The notes beneath the pieces are model-generated. The model was given only the letters and a program-made list of their open reading frames with translations. It searched no databases and was not told where the DNA came from. Both the position numbers and the translations under genes were made by a program. From Cyanidioschyzon merolae (lineage: Eukaryota): DNA of 64,000 nt. The stretch is taken from the NCBI GenBank assembly GCA_000091205.1, contig AP006489.2. One strand, given 5' to 3'. This document shows, one piece after another, positions 33,188 to 45,600 of the stretch (positions are counted from its first letter, which is position 1; each line of letters begins with the position of its first letter).

Positions 33188-35344
33188 CAGCGAGCTCGTC
33201 GTTCAAGTACGGGAAGCAGTGAAAGGTTTGACGTCCTGCAAAGGCGCTGGCGGCTTTTCCGTCTCGATCGAAAGCTTCGCATGATTTGATCCAAGAATAT
33301 CTATATGTATATTTAAGTCCATTTATCTGTACTATATGGTACATGGCCGCTAACAGGCGACGCATGACGCACTGCGCGCGCCGCTGGGGCAGGGACTTTG
33401 GGAGCGCCAAAGCATCCAGGGCTGCTTTGTTGCATCGAGACCAGTCTGTAGCACGTAGTCTGGCTTTGTTTGTTGCAGCGGCGCTAGTTTCTCAACAATG
33501 GCGAGGCACCAACTGGTTGCAGACACGCCCGCGAAGGACAACTGGCAAGTTCAGTGCTCATGCTACGCTCGATCGATACATGAATTTTGGGTATTCATGG
33601 AGCATTGAACTGCTCGCTACGTTCGTGCTTGAGGTATCTACGGATATTTTAGGTCCACATCCTGGACAGTCAAGGTACAGCCAGCAGCGTTTATGGATGC
33701 GTACATGCTGTTGGGATTGCTGGTCGTCATCTCTGGGTAGCTTCTTCAACGCTCCGCTGCTGCTATTCGTGAAATCATCAGAGTCAGGACGACTCACAAT
33801 GCCCACGAGCAAGGGATCAGCACATACCGGATACCAGTATCCGTACCAGACGTAGAGGCATCTATGTTTGTCGATTCCTTGTATATATTGTGCTCAAATC
33901 ATGAACTCTTGTTCAGGTTTTCGATCTATCCATTTCAAGGTAACTGATGGCGCCGCGATTCGCACCGCTGGATGGACGACGAAACAAACTCGTTTTCGTG
34001 CTTGACGAATTGTTCGCAAGCTCGTGCCCAAAGCTCACTGAACCTGTTGCGTCCAATTATGGTCTAATCCATTAGAAAGACCATTCCTCCTCTCATTGGG
34101 ACCACTGACGCAACAGCCTTCGACAACTGCATGATATCTCTCACGGGGTACGCGCTGAGAGGCTCCCGTCGCTTCTGTGTGCATAGAAAAGCGTCTCGTA
34201 CTCGAATTTCATTCACTGCAATAATCGCTTCAAAAGATAATTGCGTCGCCGCTTTGCACGAAAGGTGCTCAAATGGATCGAAATTTTCCGACTGGTTCTC
34301 GAGCCTAGATGCTGATTCTGGTACTTGATTCATCTTGATTGGCATCGCGTTCCGTAAATCCTTTTGTCGAATGGAATAGCGTGTGCGTTCGTGTCCAGCG
34401 GGCATCGCACTCGCGAAAGGGAGCTCTCAGCAGAGGCCCATCATTGCAGGATACGGTACAGAGCGTCCAAACACAGATAGGGGCATCGCGAGGAGCCCTC
34501 GGTATTCGTCAGGGGCATGCACCGAATGATGCAGCAAGCACTCATGTGGAGCATGGCGGTGCTCGGATGAGGAGCTACGCAGGACATGCGCAAATGCCTG
34601 ACCACAGCCAGGTATCCGTTTTGCGATGAGTGCACAAATGTTGCTCAAAGAGAACCTGGAACTGGTATACGAAGCGTAGCTAGCGACTCCAATACGTGTA
34701 TGCAATGCTTCAACAACGGCTGGAAACAGCGATATCGTGACTTGAACGCCGCTATGAAAATCTTTCGGCCGCAGGAAAAGGAGCTAGAGCAAAAAGTCCC
34801 TGACATTTAGTGCTCTGCACAAGAGAGGAAACCGGAGTAGTCGCAGGAAGTGCCCGCCAGACTTGTATTTATGGCACGCGTAAGAACCGAACAAGCGAGC
34901 ATGTGTGTCCGTGCCTGGTGACTTGCGCCATTGTAGCCTGACATGGGCCTATCTCCCCTCATTTTGTACTAGTAGCAGATGAGGCGTCTCGCTCTGACCA
35001 CAGGTGCTTAGAGCCACTAGCGTTGCATCGTAGGGTACATGCGTTGCGATCTGCCTGTCCATCTGTCTGGCTCGAGTCAACGATTTGCGTGCTGGAGCAA
35101 AAGCCGGAAACCCGCGAGATGGAACGAGAATGCGGACGGGATTCCAATGCTAGCCTGCTTGCCGTGGTTGTTCCCTCTCAACGGTGCCATACACAACCGC
35201 CTCCAATCAAAAAACGTCCAAGCATCCGCGACAATCGGTAGTACCTTCAATTCCCCAACGAATTCCAGGCGACGCGAGATACGTACGCATTCCGAGACTA
35301 CAGCGTTCGATGTGAATCGCCTTTCCAACGGGCTTGTGGCCGTT

Positions 35345-37180
35345 TCATTCTCGGCTTCGCTCTGCTCCGACCGCTGATTGTGGAGCCACATCTAACAGCT
35401 CGCACTGAATAAGGTCATGGTTCTGCAGTTGCAGGCTGGCCGGTGTGTCCCAGGCGAACACTTCACGACAGTGTGGATGGCGAGTAGCACCTGCCAGCAC
35501 CGGCGGTGAGCGATGGAGGTAACGAGCATCCCAGCGACGGTAGCGAGCCGCTGTCTGTTCGGGATCAAGGCCAAGTTCGGTCGATAAAAATCTTCTGAAC
35601 ATACGCTGGAGAGGTCGATTACTCCAGATACGATAGCTCTTATGCACGTCGCCGCAGAACATCCGAATCACCAGTGGTGAGCCTCGTTCGGTCTGTTCGC
35701 CTGCCGTGTTTTGCCGCGCAGCGGATTCACTGGTCAGCATCGACGTAGGAAGCGTCGGCAACCCCGGCAAGTACAATGCAGGCACTGCCGCAAGCTTTCC
35801 ATCTTCCATCCCTGGACCCGGCATGCCAGATTCATGACGATGATTCGATGGGACGCATTCCGCAGAGCCGCGAGGCTCCAGCTCCGTGATCGGAGGCAAG
35901 CGCTGAACGTTCGCGCGCTTCAGCACCTCGTTCGGTAGACTCAGCAAGCTCTCATCGTCGATATGAAGCGCGTGGCACATGAGTGTGAAACACTTCACGC
36001 AAGCACTTGAAACGTAAATCTGTGAGCTCGGCGTAATCGTGGCGTGGAATTGCAAGCAGTTCGTCCAGCTCTGGGTCTCACGCAGCAGATGATCCGGCAA
36101 GTTCACGTCTCGCAGTCGCTCCCGAAGCTCTTCAGCACCGTACCGGGATAGTGCGACATGCAGAGCCGGCAGCAGCGAGCGGGTCGCTCGATCGCCACAG
36201 GCGCACTCGGCTCGCTCGAGTTGTCGGACAGATCGCGGCGAGGATGCAAGGCTCTCTGCGGTTTGGTATCCCGCACCTGGTGCTTTGCATCTGAGCGCGT
36301 CCATGCAATCAGAGATATCGTAATGTTGAAGACGCTTTGATAGAGCGTAAGTATCTGGGTGCGAAGCTAACGCTTCGGGTGCCGACTTGGATGCTACCAG
36401 CGGGTATTCCGTTCGAGGCGTTTGGGAGGTTCCGTTCGGAAGGATCACAGATGAGGAACGGTACTTGTTGAGCTGCTGGAGTCTCTCGGATTTCGATACC
36501 AGCAACGGTTCCCTCATCGAAGGATTCTCTAGCTCCGGTACTTGTATTCCAGCAGCGCCCTCCCTCTCTGACCCCGCCAGTCGTTCAGCAGCACTGAGGA
36601 TGGACTCAGCCGCTACGGAAGGTGGCGTCACCGGCTCCAAACGAAGGTCTTCCGGGGTCGGAAGTGCTCCACGGCCCAGCGAGAGCCGGAGCAATCGCCA
36701 ATGACGATGCCTTAACGCCGAAAATAGAACCGGATCACAGTAGCTGCACACACCAACTGTGCGAAGCTGGGAAATTATTTCCAAGCGTTGTACCTCTGCT
36801 GGATGCAGCCATTTGTTCCTTCCGACTTCAAGCAATCGTCGACACGCCCGACAAACCGCACTCGTTGGTATGGGTGGCCAACGCAGGAGCGACCTCGGGT
36901 AGGCGCTCTCGTTCGCAGCCTCCGTCCACTCTGCCCGCCACGAGCAGCCAACGCACTGTCGCTCCACGTCAACCAGCGCATAGGCTACCTGCGCAGGCGA
37001 TAAAGCGGCTCCTGTGAGCCCGCTCTCTGAGCTCGTAGGCGGCGTAAGTTCAGCGCTCTCGTCGCGTGCGCGTCCCGGGTTCGCCTCGGGTCGCCGACCG
37101 GTTCGCTTCCCTGTCGCTGCAACGATGCGCTCTTGCGCAGCGCTGCAGTCCAGGGACATAGGCGGGCGTTCCAACCGCAC
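35345..37180 (-). CDS. hypothetical protein with Cys-rich N-terminal region and C-terminal ubiquitin-like domain
   Basis: 611-aa ORF. The C-terminal PLVIRMFCGDVHKSYRIWSNRPLQRMFRRFLSTELGLD resembles a UBL fold. CxxC pairs lie near the N-terminus. Confidence 0.45.
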   Translation of the reverse strand: MRLERPPMSLDCSAAQERIVAATGKRTGRRPEANPGRARDESAELTPPTSSESGLTGAALSPAQVAYALVDVERQCVGCSWRAEWTEAANESAYPRSLLRWPPIPTSAVCRACRRLLEVGRNKWLHPAEVQRLEIISQLRTVGVCSYCDPVLFSALRHRHWRLLRLSLGRGALPTPEDLRLEPVTPPSVAAESILSAAERLAGSEREGAAGIQVPELENPSMREPLLVSKSERLQQLNKYRSSSVILPNGTSQTPRTEYPLVASKSAPEALASHPDTYALSKRLQHYDISDCMDALRCKAPGAGYQTAESLASSPRSVRQLERAECACGDRATRSLLPALHVALSRYGAEELRERLRDVNLPDHLLRETQSWTNCLQFHATITPSSQIYVSSACVKCFTLMCHALHIDDESLLSLPNEVLKRANVQRLPPITELEPRGSAECVPSNHRHESGMPGPGMEDGKLAAVPALYLPGLPTLPTSMLTSESAARQNTAGEQTERGSPLVIRMFCGDVHKSYRIWSNRPLQRMFRRFLSTELGLDPEQTAARYRRWDARYLHRSPPVLAGATRHPHCREVFAWDTPASLQLQNHDLIQCELLDVAPQSAVGAERSRE

Positions 37181-37636
37181 GAGGCACGGAGCTTCAACGA
37201 AAGAAACTGCTCAATAACGGAAACGTACGATGATTGCACCACGGGTGACGAGATGAGCGTTGCCGCGAACACTCATTGGAGGAAAAAACGCTAGTCGATG
37301 CGCCAGCGACAGCGATCGGGAAGATACTGGACATTTAAGGACATTATGTACTGGGGCTGCTGCTGCGCGATCTGCTGCGCAATGAACGGCGAGGTTGGAC
37401 CACGTAATGCGCAGCTGCGGCAACAGCCGAGGTACCGCGACGGTGATGGGGACGATACTGGACATTTTAGATCATCACGAACAGGGGCTTTTGCTTTGCG
37501 ATCTGGTGCGGTACACGACTCGACGCGACACGAACCTGGTTCACAACCTACGCAGTCGCTGCCGCTAATCGAAGCGACGTGAGTGCAACATGTCGTACCA
37601 GAACTTCCACGAACCTTAGTAGACACCGGTGTATCC

Positions 37637-39235
37637 TTATGACTGACATATTCCGGAATCAGCTTCCGTAGATTCGCTTGAATAGACGCGAAACTTCAAA
37701 CCAAGTTCGCTCGCCCGCCGTCGCAAGCACCGCTCAAACCTTGACGGTGAGAGACCAAACACCCGGGACACATGCTCCGCAAACGACTGTTCCGGTGGGC
37801 ATGACGCTCTCTGACGCATTTCTGATAGTCCTAGGCCCTGGGCTGTGATCCGCCAGGGACAGCTGCCCCAGAGCGCCGTGGTGAGCCGTTGTCGATCAAC
37901 CGCTTTGAGGACTGCACGCACGCGCGGCTGCATACGCGTCGCTGGCGGGAGTCGCCGCATGCAGAGCACAATCTCACGCCAAACCTTGTCATCGTGCTGA
38001 TTAAGATGCGGCAAGGAGTCCGCAAACCAGCCATCAGAGACGCTTTGCTGAACAGATGCTATATCGTCGGCGACCTCGCCTGTCGGTGCTGGGGCATGAA
38101 TCCCCGTCGGTACGTTCTCGGCAAGCTCTATCAGACCTGCATCCACGTGTAGCGCAGTCGCTAGAACCGTATCAAGCGCGGCTTCAAGTTCCGTTCGCGG
38201 AGACCAGTCCCGTACCTGACGCTGTATGCACGCTTCGGTAGCCGCACCGGTTGTCGCCGATGACTGTGGGGAGCCCTCCGAGCAGCGTGCCGCCCAACGA
38301 TCGCGGAGCCAGCGCACGAGCGCTTCGGGTTGCTCAATCGGGATGTCTATTGCCAGACGACGTTCAGGTGCAGACCCGCTGCGAATATCTTCCGGAGCAA
38401 TATCCCAACTGACCAAGGTACGCTCGTCGCCGAGCTTCGCTACAAGTTGATGGGCTCTCGCCACCAGCCTGGGTCGATGCGTTCGATACTCATGGTCTTT
38501 GCAATGAATGTACGGCAGGAGCAGCTCACGCAGACGGCTCATCAGGCCTCGTTGCAACTGATCCAGAAAACACAATGAATGATAGGCGTTCAGGCTGGGA
38601 TCAGACGTTTCCGCTCTCGCCTCGACAATGCCCAGGAAGACCGCAGCCGTGAGGGTGCTCGCACCAATCCGAAGTTTCACCGCTCCAGAGCCGTTCGCAA
38701 ACGCACGTGTCACGTACTGGTGATGTCGGGCGAAACGACTCGTGAGAAGTGCATGGATCCAGTGACTGACATAGCGGAGCGCTACGGACCCTGCGGTCTG
38801 TCCTACAAGGTAGGCGATGGCCTCACCGATAGCACCAAATACGATGCTGAGGTTCATCAGCTCCGTGGTGTCAGGGCTCTGCAGGTCCGCAGCAATCGCT
38901 ACACCGAGTCGCCGTCGATCCCAGAGCCGAGCGCGTCGACGCGGGCTCGCCAGCTCCGGCGCTTCCTTTCGCTGTTTTCGTTGGGCGACTCGTGCCCTGT
39001 CAATCAGACTCTGACGGGTAAAATGAACACCTGAGTCGAAGACGTCGATGCCGGTTGTTTCGTAGCTTTGTTGAACGGCATTGCAAACAGCACAAACAGG
39101 ACGACCCTCGTCGTTCCAACGGAACCGACGAGCACCACACGACCCACACGAATAAATCATTCCAGAAGGCGGAAAGAGACCCCGCAGACGAGACACCCGC
39201 CGCAAGTGCAAAGCGCTCCGGCTCGAGGAACGCAC
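37637..39235 (-). CDS. hypothetical protein with N-terminal TFIIB-type zinc ribbon (possibly an Rrn7/TAF1B-like Pol I factor)
   Basis: N-terminal YSCGSCGARRFRWNDEGRPVCAVCNAVQ is a zinc ribbon. The rest is helical with no further diagnostic motif. Confidence 0.4.
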   Translation of the reverse strand: MRSSSRSALHLRRVSRLRGLFPPSGMIYSCGSCGARRFRWNDEGRPVCAVCNAVQQSYETTGIDVFDSGVHFTRQSLIDRARVAQRKQRKEAPELASPRRRARLWDRRRLGVAIAADLQSPDTTELMNLSIVFGAIGEAIAYLVGQTAGSVALRYVSHWIHALLTSRFARHHQYVTRAFANGSGAVKLRIGASTLTAAVFLGIVEARAETSDPSLNAYHSLCFLDQLQRGLMSRLRELLLPYIHCKDHEYRTHRPRLVARAHQLVAKLGDERTLVSWDIAPEDIRSGSAPERRLAIDIPIEQPEALVRWLRDRWAARCSEGSPQSSATTGAATEACIQRQVRDWSPRTELEAALDTVLATALHVDAGLIELAENVPTGIHAPAPTGEVADDIASVQQSVSDGWFADSLPHLNQHDDKVWREIVLCMRRLPPATRMQPRVRAVLKAVDRQRLTTALWGSCPWRITAQGLGLSEMRQRASCPPEQSFAEHVSRVFGLSPSRFERCLRRRASELGLKFRVYSSESTEADSGICQS

Positions 39236-39590
39236 CTCGCTGGCGAAACCAGAGAGACAGTAGTGTCCGACCCCGGTGTCAAGCTTGGGCGCCTATGTTC
39301 AATACTAGAGGCTATGCACGACAAAATTCTGGCATCGAGCACTTTTCATCCGATGTTTCCGAACGACTTCATCTAGGGACCTTTGTAAGCCACCCGTGGC
39401 ACAACGCTGGAAACAAAGAACGACGCTGGAATCGTACGTTTGCCGCCGTGGCGCTAGACGAGCGCCTATCGAGCTGCACCTCGACGCCTGAGTTGTCAAA
39501 AGGCTTTCCATCACGCGACTTTCATCGCATAAAAGCAACCCAAGTGTCGTTTGGTGCACACAGCTCAATCAGGCTTCAACAAAGACGCTG

Positions 39591-40295
39591 ATGCTCTCTT
39601 GGCGGGCCATCACAGCCTCGTTTCCGCCTCCGGATGACTCGTGGAGCGGGCTCGCAATGCACTTGGACCGTTGTGAACAAGTGCGCCACCAGTTTCTCGA
39701 GCAGCGAACGACAAGTTCAGAGCGGCTGTTGTGGCCGCTTCATCGCATTCACTATGAGCAGAATCGATTGATTTACGAAAAGCGGTTCAGGGAGCGCACG
39801 TTGAGCAGAGCGACTTACGCTTACCTCGTGCGATACCGCATCGCTGACGGAGACCTGATCGCCAAGTGGCGCCGACGCGGTTACCGAGCGCTCTGCTCGC
39901 TCTGGGCGATATCACGGTGCACTGCGGCTCGCAGTCATGCCATCTGCCGAGTTCCGCTGCGAAAACGCCGCCTGAGCGAAGGTGCTCGTGCAGCCACGCC
40001 AGCATTGAGGCGTTTGTTCCACCCGTCGTCGGTGACCGGGTGTGTGACGTGCACCGATGACGACTGCGTCGACCCGCGAAGCAAGCAAGTACTCGGGCCT
40101 ATTTGGTTTGATGATGTACAGCCCGACTGGGAAGCGATGACACCGGCACAGCGGACAGCGACAGCTCGGAAGCTAGCCCGGAAGTCCGCGCTTTGGAGCA
40201 CCAGCGGCGACAATGCGCCTATTCCTGGAGTTTCGTCTCGGGGTGCTGGCTCTGGTGGCGACAGTGTTGCAAGTCGCCATGCGCAATATCGATAG
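39591..40295 (+). CDS. BUD31: BUD31/G10 spliceosome-associated protein with C-terminal extension
   Basis: PPPDDSW ... LWPLHRIHYEQNRLIYEKRFRERTLSRATYAYLVRYRIADGDLIAKWRRRGYRALCSLWAISRCTAARSHAICRVP matches the G10 family (human: [62 protein letters not shown]). Confidence 0.85.
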   Translation: MLSWRAITASFPPPDDSWSGLAMHLDRCEQVRHQFLEQRTTSSERLLWPLHRIHYEQNRLIYEKRFRERTLSRATYAYLVRYRIADGDLIAKWRRRGYRALCSLWAISRCTAARSHAICRVPLRKRRLSEGARAATPALRRLFHPSSVTGCVTCTDDDCVDPRSKQVLGPIWFDDVQPDWEAMTPAQRTATARKLARKSALWSTSGDNAPIPGVSSRGAGSGGDSVASRHAQYR

Positions 40296-40649
40296 CCGTA
40301 GGCAGCCTGGGATGCAGTGAACGTGCCTCGAAAGTCGCTTTGCAAAATGATTCAGTGATCGCTCCGCACACTGCACTCGGGCGCAACGATGCTTCGTGTC
40401 GCGAGCTATGGACGCGACGCCGCAGTCCTACGTCGTGAACACGATGCCTCAGACGAAATAAAGCTTATGGATCTGGGTTCGGTACCGACAATGCAACTCG
40501 AGTACTTGATAGTCAGAAAGCCTTTCCGGAGATCAGATTCGGTATCGATCAACTTGGCATTTTGTCGGTATTGGAGCTGCCTGTATCGCAAAGTGTCGAT
40601 GAGGATGCGCGTTTCGTTCATGACGCATTCGGTATCGACATTCTGTGTT

Positions 40650-42032
40650 TTACATTATGGCAACATTATCAAGGGGATTTCGGGAAACTCGACAGGTCGA
40701 GGATCGGCGCCGAGTTCCTCGCGTACGCTCGCTCTGTTGGGGCGCTTGGGGCAGCGCTCGCTGCGAAGTGTGCGAACCTGGGCTCGGTCTAGTGGAACGC
40801 TGATCCGACTTGGCACTCGTATCCTGTACGAACTCGCAGTGAGCATGGTTCAGCACCGCGCCGTGCGGCACGGGGAGCGACCTCGGTCGCGAGTTGTGTG
40901 CATCCTGCTGGGGTTTCGGAAACGGCACCTGCACGGAGTGTGGCCGATGACGGATGAAAGCGTCACTGCTTGCAGTGGCGAGGATCCAACCTTCCCGCAT
41001 TTTTCGCAGGACGGCAAGTGCCCGGAGCACTTCCAGCTGTTCGCTTGCTTGATGACCCAGGAGCTCGACGGCTTCGGCATCACTGAGCGCTGTACGCCCT
41101 CGTTCGTGGAGTGCGCAGAACAGTTTTTCATACGCTTGGTTCAGCGCATCCAGGGATGTGACTCGACGACGTAATAACAGCGGTAAGCGTTGGAAAGCCG
41201 CCTTAGCGATGGGCACGAATCCATCCATCGACCATGAATCGGGGGTATCCGCTTCGGGCTGCATGGAAGGCGGCTCATACTTGTGTGCTGCGGATGTTTC
41301 ATGTGATGCAGACTCGAATGCATCGCTGGATTTGCTATTGTTGTCGGGTTGATCGTTCTCGTCGTTTCCATCGTTGAGTACGGTAACTGGACCCGTGTCA
41401 GCGGCATCAAATACGAGGCCAGCCTGAACCATGGCTAATGGAAGCGATTCAGTAGCGGCGTCTACAAGCGACAGGTCCGGCACCGTGAACGTACCCGTTC
41501 CTGCTCCAGAACAACTTATACCATTCTGTGGCGTCTCTCCGTCCAAGCGCTCCCAAATTCGAATCGACTGGGTCATGGCCGCTTGCCACTGTCGGTAGCT
41601 CGCTCCGAACTGAGAAAGCGGGTCGGCAAGCCGCTCGTCTAGGTTTGGTGCGCGCTCCGGCAGTATCCCCTCGTCTTCCAGCTCTCGGATAGCCTTTTGT
41701 ATTTCTTCGCGATTTTTGAATAAAATGGCTTGCGTAATAGATATTAGGTCGTGTTTGAGGGCCACTGTGCGCTCCCAGTGTGCACGGAGAGCGGGAAACG
41801 CGCGCTGCAGATCGTATAGCCTTTCGATCAGGCGCACGGGATCAGGGAGCGCACGATCCCCATCACGACGCAGGAGTTCTTGAGCGACTCGATGCTCTAG
41901 CAACGATACGTCTCTCTCTAGGCGTTCCCAGGCCGCGTGTAGAGCTTCGATAGCCTCCTCCATTCGAGGCGTCGTGGGCAACCCCAGCGCGCAGCTGCAG
42001 TGCAGAGGAATTTGAATCGGCGCTGTGATCAA
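40650..42032 (-). CDS. hypothetical coiled-coil protein (460 aa)
   Basis: Long ORF. The N-terminal third is heptad-rich (EEAIEALHAAWERLERDVSLLEHRVAQELL...). It overlaps an antisense ORF that I treat as spurious. Confidence 0.45.
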   Translation of the reverse strand: MITAPIQIPLHCSCALGLPTTPRMEEAIEALHAAWERLERDVSLLEHRVAQELLRRDGDRALPDPVRLIERLYDLQRAFPALRAHWERTVALKHDLISITQAILFKNREEIQKAIRELEDEGILPERAPNLDERLADPLSQFGASYRQWQAAMTQSIRIWERLDGETPQNGISCSGAGTGTFTVPDLSLVDAATESLPLAMVQAGLVFDAADTGPVTVLNDGNDENDQPDNNSKSSDAFESASHETSAAHKYEPPSMQPEADTPDSWSMDGFVPIAKAAFQRLPLLLRRRVTSLDALNQAYEKLFCALHERGRTALSDAEAVELLGHQASEQLEVLRALAVLRKMREGWILATASSDAFIRHRPHSVQVPFPKPQQDAHNSRPRSLPVPHGAVLNHAHCEFVQDTSAKSDQRSTRPSPGSHTSQRALPQAPQQSERTRGTRRRSSTCRVSRNPLDNVAIM

Positions 42033-42621
42033 TGACTTTTTTAGGTACCACTTTTGTATCTATTGTTCCTACGGAGATAGGTTTGTCCGAGATGCCAAAG
42101 ATCGCTGGCCAGTGCTTCAAAGAATGACCTTTGAGATACCTCTATGGAACATATTGTACCTAAAGAGACAGGTTCATTTTCTATGCAAGAGGGCATTTGC
42201 CTCCACTTGGATCCATCGATTGCACGTAACGAGATCTCCTTTATGCTCCCAGGATCGATGCTACTCACCGGATAGCCGCGGGTACACCAACGTTTCTGCT
42301 TGAAAGAGTGCGGACGTCGTCTGCAGTACAGATGCTTCCGAGTTCAACAACATCCCGAAAAGCATTCCTTTAGAGAACTGGAGCATCGTCCAGCAGCCTC
42401 CGAGGCGTTAGGCATCACGCGAGCGCTCGCTGCGACCATCAACGCACACCATTGGACAGTGCACAATGCGACGCAGCTACCGCGGCGTCGTCTGCTGCGT
42501 GTGCCATGGATCATACCTCGTGCACGCTAGGTACGTTCGCACAGGGCGTCAGCTTCTCGCAAAGCGCGTACTGCTCCTGCATTCCGTGAATACGAGCGCT
42601 GCCTCAGCGCCATCCAGTGCG

Positions 42622-45600
42622 TTATCGCTGCGCTGTGCTTCCATCGTCGCTGACAGCCCGGTTGGAAGGTACGGTTTCCAGGTTCCCAGTGTCGGTGTCA
42701 CGCTGAGGATCGGGTTCTGTTTCGCGCAACAGAAAACGCACAAACTCGCGACCGAGCGATACGGCGTTCGAACGTGGCCATACGCGTCCGAGGGCTTGCG
42801 AACGTTCCGCCTCCGTACATTGGAGCATTCGCAGGAGCAGGTCCAGCGCTTCACGACGCTGGTTTGCTTTCTCGCTCAGCAGAAACACCAGCAGCAGCTG
42901 GCGGAGAAAAGGTCTGTCAACGGGTTCGTCAGCCGCTGTGCTTTCAATAACCTGATCGACATCCAAAAGCTCGGGAACAAGGGGCTCTTGCTGCTGCTGC
43001 TGCTGCTGCTGCGTATCTACGCTCCCGTCTCCCTGTTCGCCCAAAGCGAGGCGTTTTCCGCTTTCGGCATTGAAATAGACCGGGTGCTCGCTGGAGCTAT
43101 CCCCGAGGACAGGATCAATCAAAGGCCGGTATCGTTGCCTCAGCATCAGCATCTTCCACCAGTTCCGTTCCTGGGAGAGACGTGCAACTCGAGTCTGAGC
43201 CTCCTCGAGTGTCGCTCGGCATTCGGCCAATGTGTCGGTCAGCTGCGCGTTCTCCGCTCGGGCAGCCACGAGCTCTGCCTCTGTTTGTTCGAGGCGCGCA
43301 CGCAATGCAGACAACTCCGTATCTTTTTCCTGCAAAGCCAACTCGCTCCGCAGTAAACGACGCTCTATTTCGCTGAGCTGCGTGCGGTGCTGTTCTTGAT
43401 TGCGTGCCAGGGCGGCCTCGTGAGACTGCTGCATCGCCGTGAGCGCCGTCGTAAGTCGCCGTTCCCGTTCTTCAAACTCAAGCAGACGCTTCTCCAAGGA
43501 TGCCATGGACCGCTGCAGGTCCACCATCTTGGTGGACGCAGATGTCTCCGCACGGCGGCTCGCCTCCTGCTCCTCCTTGGCGATGCGCAACTGTTCGAGT
43601 GCTTGTTCGAGCGCCTCCTCCAGTGACTCTGTATTGGATTCCTGTTCTAAGCAGTGTTCACGAAGCTTCTCTACTTCAGTTTGTAGGAGGATGTACTCGG
43701 CGTGGAGTGCCTCATACCGCACAGCCCAGTGCTCAGCCTCTTTTTGAGCAGCTGCGTAACGCGCTGCGATACTTGCAATTTCGTCTTGATGACCGATAAC
43801 GCGCTCGCTTTCGTGTCCAGCACTCGGGCTAGTGCCGACATCCGAGCCCTGTACTCGCTCACTGGTGTGTGTTGCGGCCTCGACGCTTTCCTCGCGGGAC
43901 AGATGCTGTTCGGAGGCACCCGCTGGAGGTGATATCGCCCGATCGTCGGATTGTGCTGCAGTGGAGGCTGCTTCGAGACGCGGCCGCTGCGTTTCGGGAG
44001 CACTGCGCAGGTGCTCGGCGCTTGTCTCTGCGACGTAGGCGGCAGTCCGAAAAGCCATCTCGCTCTCAAAAGTGAGTCTGCTAGAGCCAGGGACGGAATG
44101 CAGTGTTCCATCCGCTGCTCGCCGACGCTCGGTGATCCATGCTGTGGAATCTTCAGCTGCTGCTAAGCGATCACAACTGCTCCCGCCAGATGCAATGGAC
44201 GCAACACCAGAGACTGGACTTTGGACGCGGGCCGAAGGCGTCGTTGAGCCTTGCCCCGGTGGTGACGAGACTCCCGGCGACTGCGGCACCTGCTCCCGGG
44301 TCATTGTTGAGTCCTCCAAACGATCCGATCCGCTATCATTGCCAAAAAACGGGCCAGCAACCGGAATACTGCTCTCTGGAAGCAGATAGGACAATTCCTC
44401 ATCAGCGCTGGCGAGCGATCCAGCCTGTAGATCAACGGTGCGCGCGTTCGAGGACGTTGCTGCAGCTGGCGACTCAACAGCAACTGAGGCACTTCCGATG
44501 CCTGGAAGCCGCACAGCAGCCACTGCGGCTGACGCCCTGTCTATCGCTGGGTCTAGAGCTGCTGCCGCTGCCGTTGGCGGTGTCATCGACCGGGTTTCAG
44601 GAGCGCGCAGCGCCTCGGGTTCGCTGGGCGAAGCGCTCGACAGCATCCTTGCATCCCGCGGAGACGAGCTCCCTGCTACCCGGGTGGATCCTTCCGAATG
44701 ACCTGCAGCGGTTTCCGTCGACATCACGGATGCAGATTCTCCTATCGCTGCAGTAATGTCTCGCGATCCCTCCGTGTCAAGCTGGGCTTCTTGCGCTTCA
44801 GATGCTGCGGCCGCCTCAGGTACCGTCGATGGTAAGGTGCTTGGGGTCAGGAGCGGCTCCTTCGATACCGCTGCTTGCGCCTCATGAACAGCCAATGGCG
44901 AAGGAGTATGGATTAAGGGCGGCTCATCCAGCACCGCTCCTGGTGACACCGGCGGCGTAGCGCTCTTTCGTGTGCCGGCTCCGGCTGCTGCAATCTTTAT
45001 TGCCAATGCTTCTCCAGTTTCGGGGGCGCTAGGTTCAGGTGGATGCTGATCGGATCCGCCATGTGCCCGACTGGACTTTGCAGAGCGAATTGGATCCGCG
45101 TGAGTACCTGTATGGAATACTTGCTCGCTGTCCATCATGGTAATCGAGTCAGTTGTCGGCATGCTCGCCTGCAGGGTCTCATCATGGCGGGCCAGGTCTG
45201 GATCGCCCTTGGCGGTGGCATCCGATATCGGCCGGTTCGCAAGCTGAGCCTGCCTCCTTGCAATCGTATTGGTTTCAGTCTGTTGTGGGCTGACGCTTTT
45301 CACAGAAGAACCTCCTTGCTCGAATGTATGTGTAGTTTCCGATGAGACAGGTGGTGCTTTTGAATCGAAATAGAACACATTGCCAGGCGCTTGCCCCTGC
45401 ACAGTAGATAGATGTGCGTGAATCGCCGCTGAACCTTGCGCTCGCTGAGCTGCCTCTTTGCATTCGAGCGGCATAAACCTCTCCATATCCGAGACAGCAT
45501 GCTCATCAGCTGGTTTCAACTTGAGCTGCACATCGGGATGTTTGCCTGGAGCAGTGCGATAACCACTAGAGTGGTCGATAGCGGCCTGTGCGTCGCCCTC

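Noticed and set aside
40389-41174. 261-aa plus-strand ORF overlapping the 40650-42032 minus-strand gene
   Set aside because: It overlaps almost entirely with a longer, more protein-like ORF on the other strand and has no recognisable domain.
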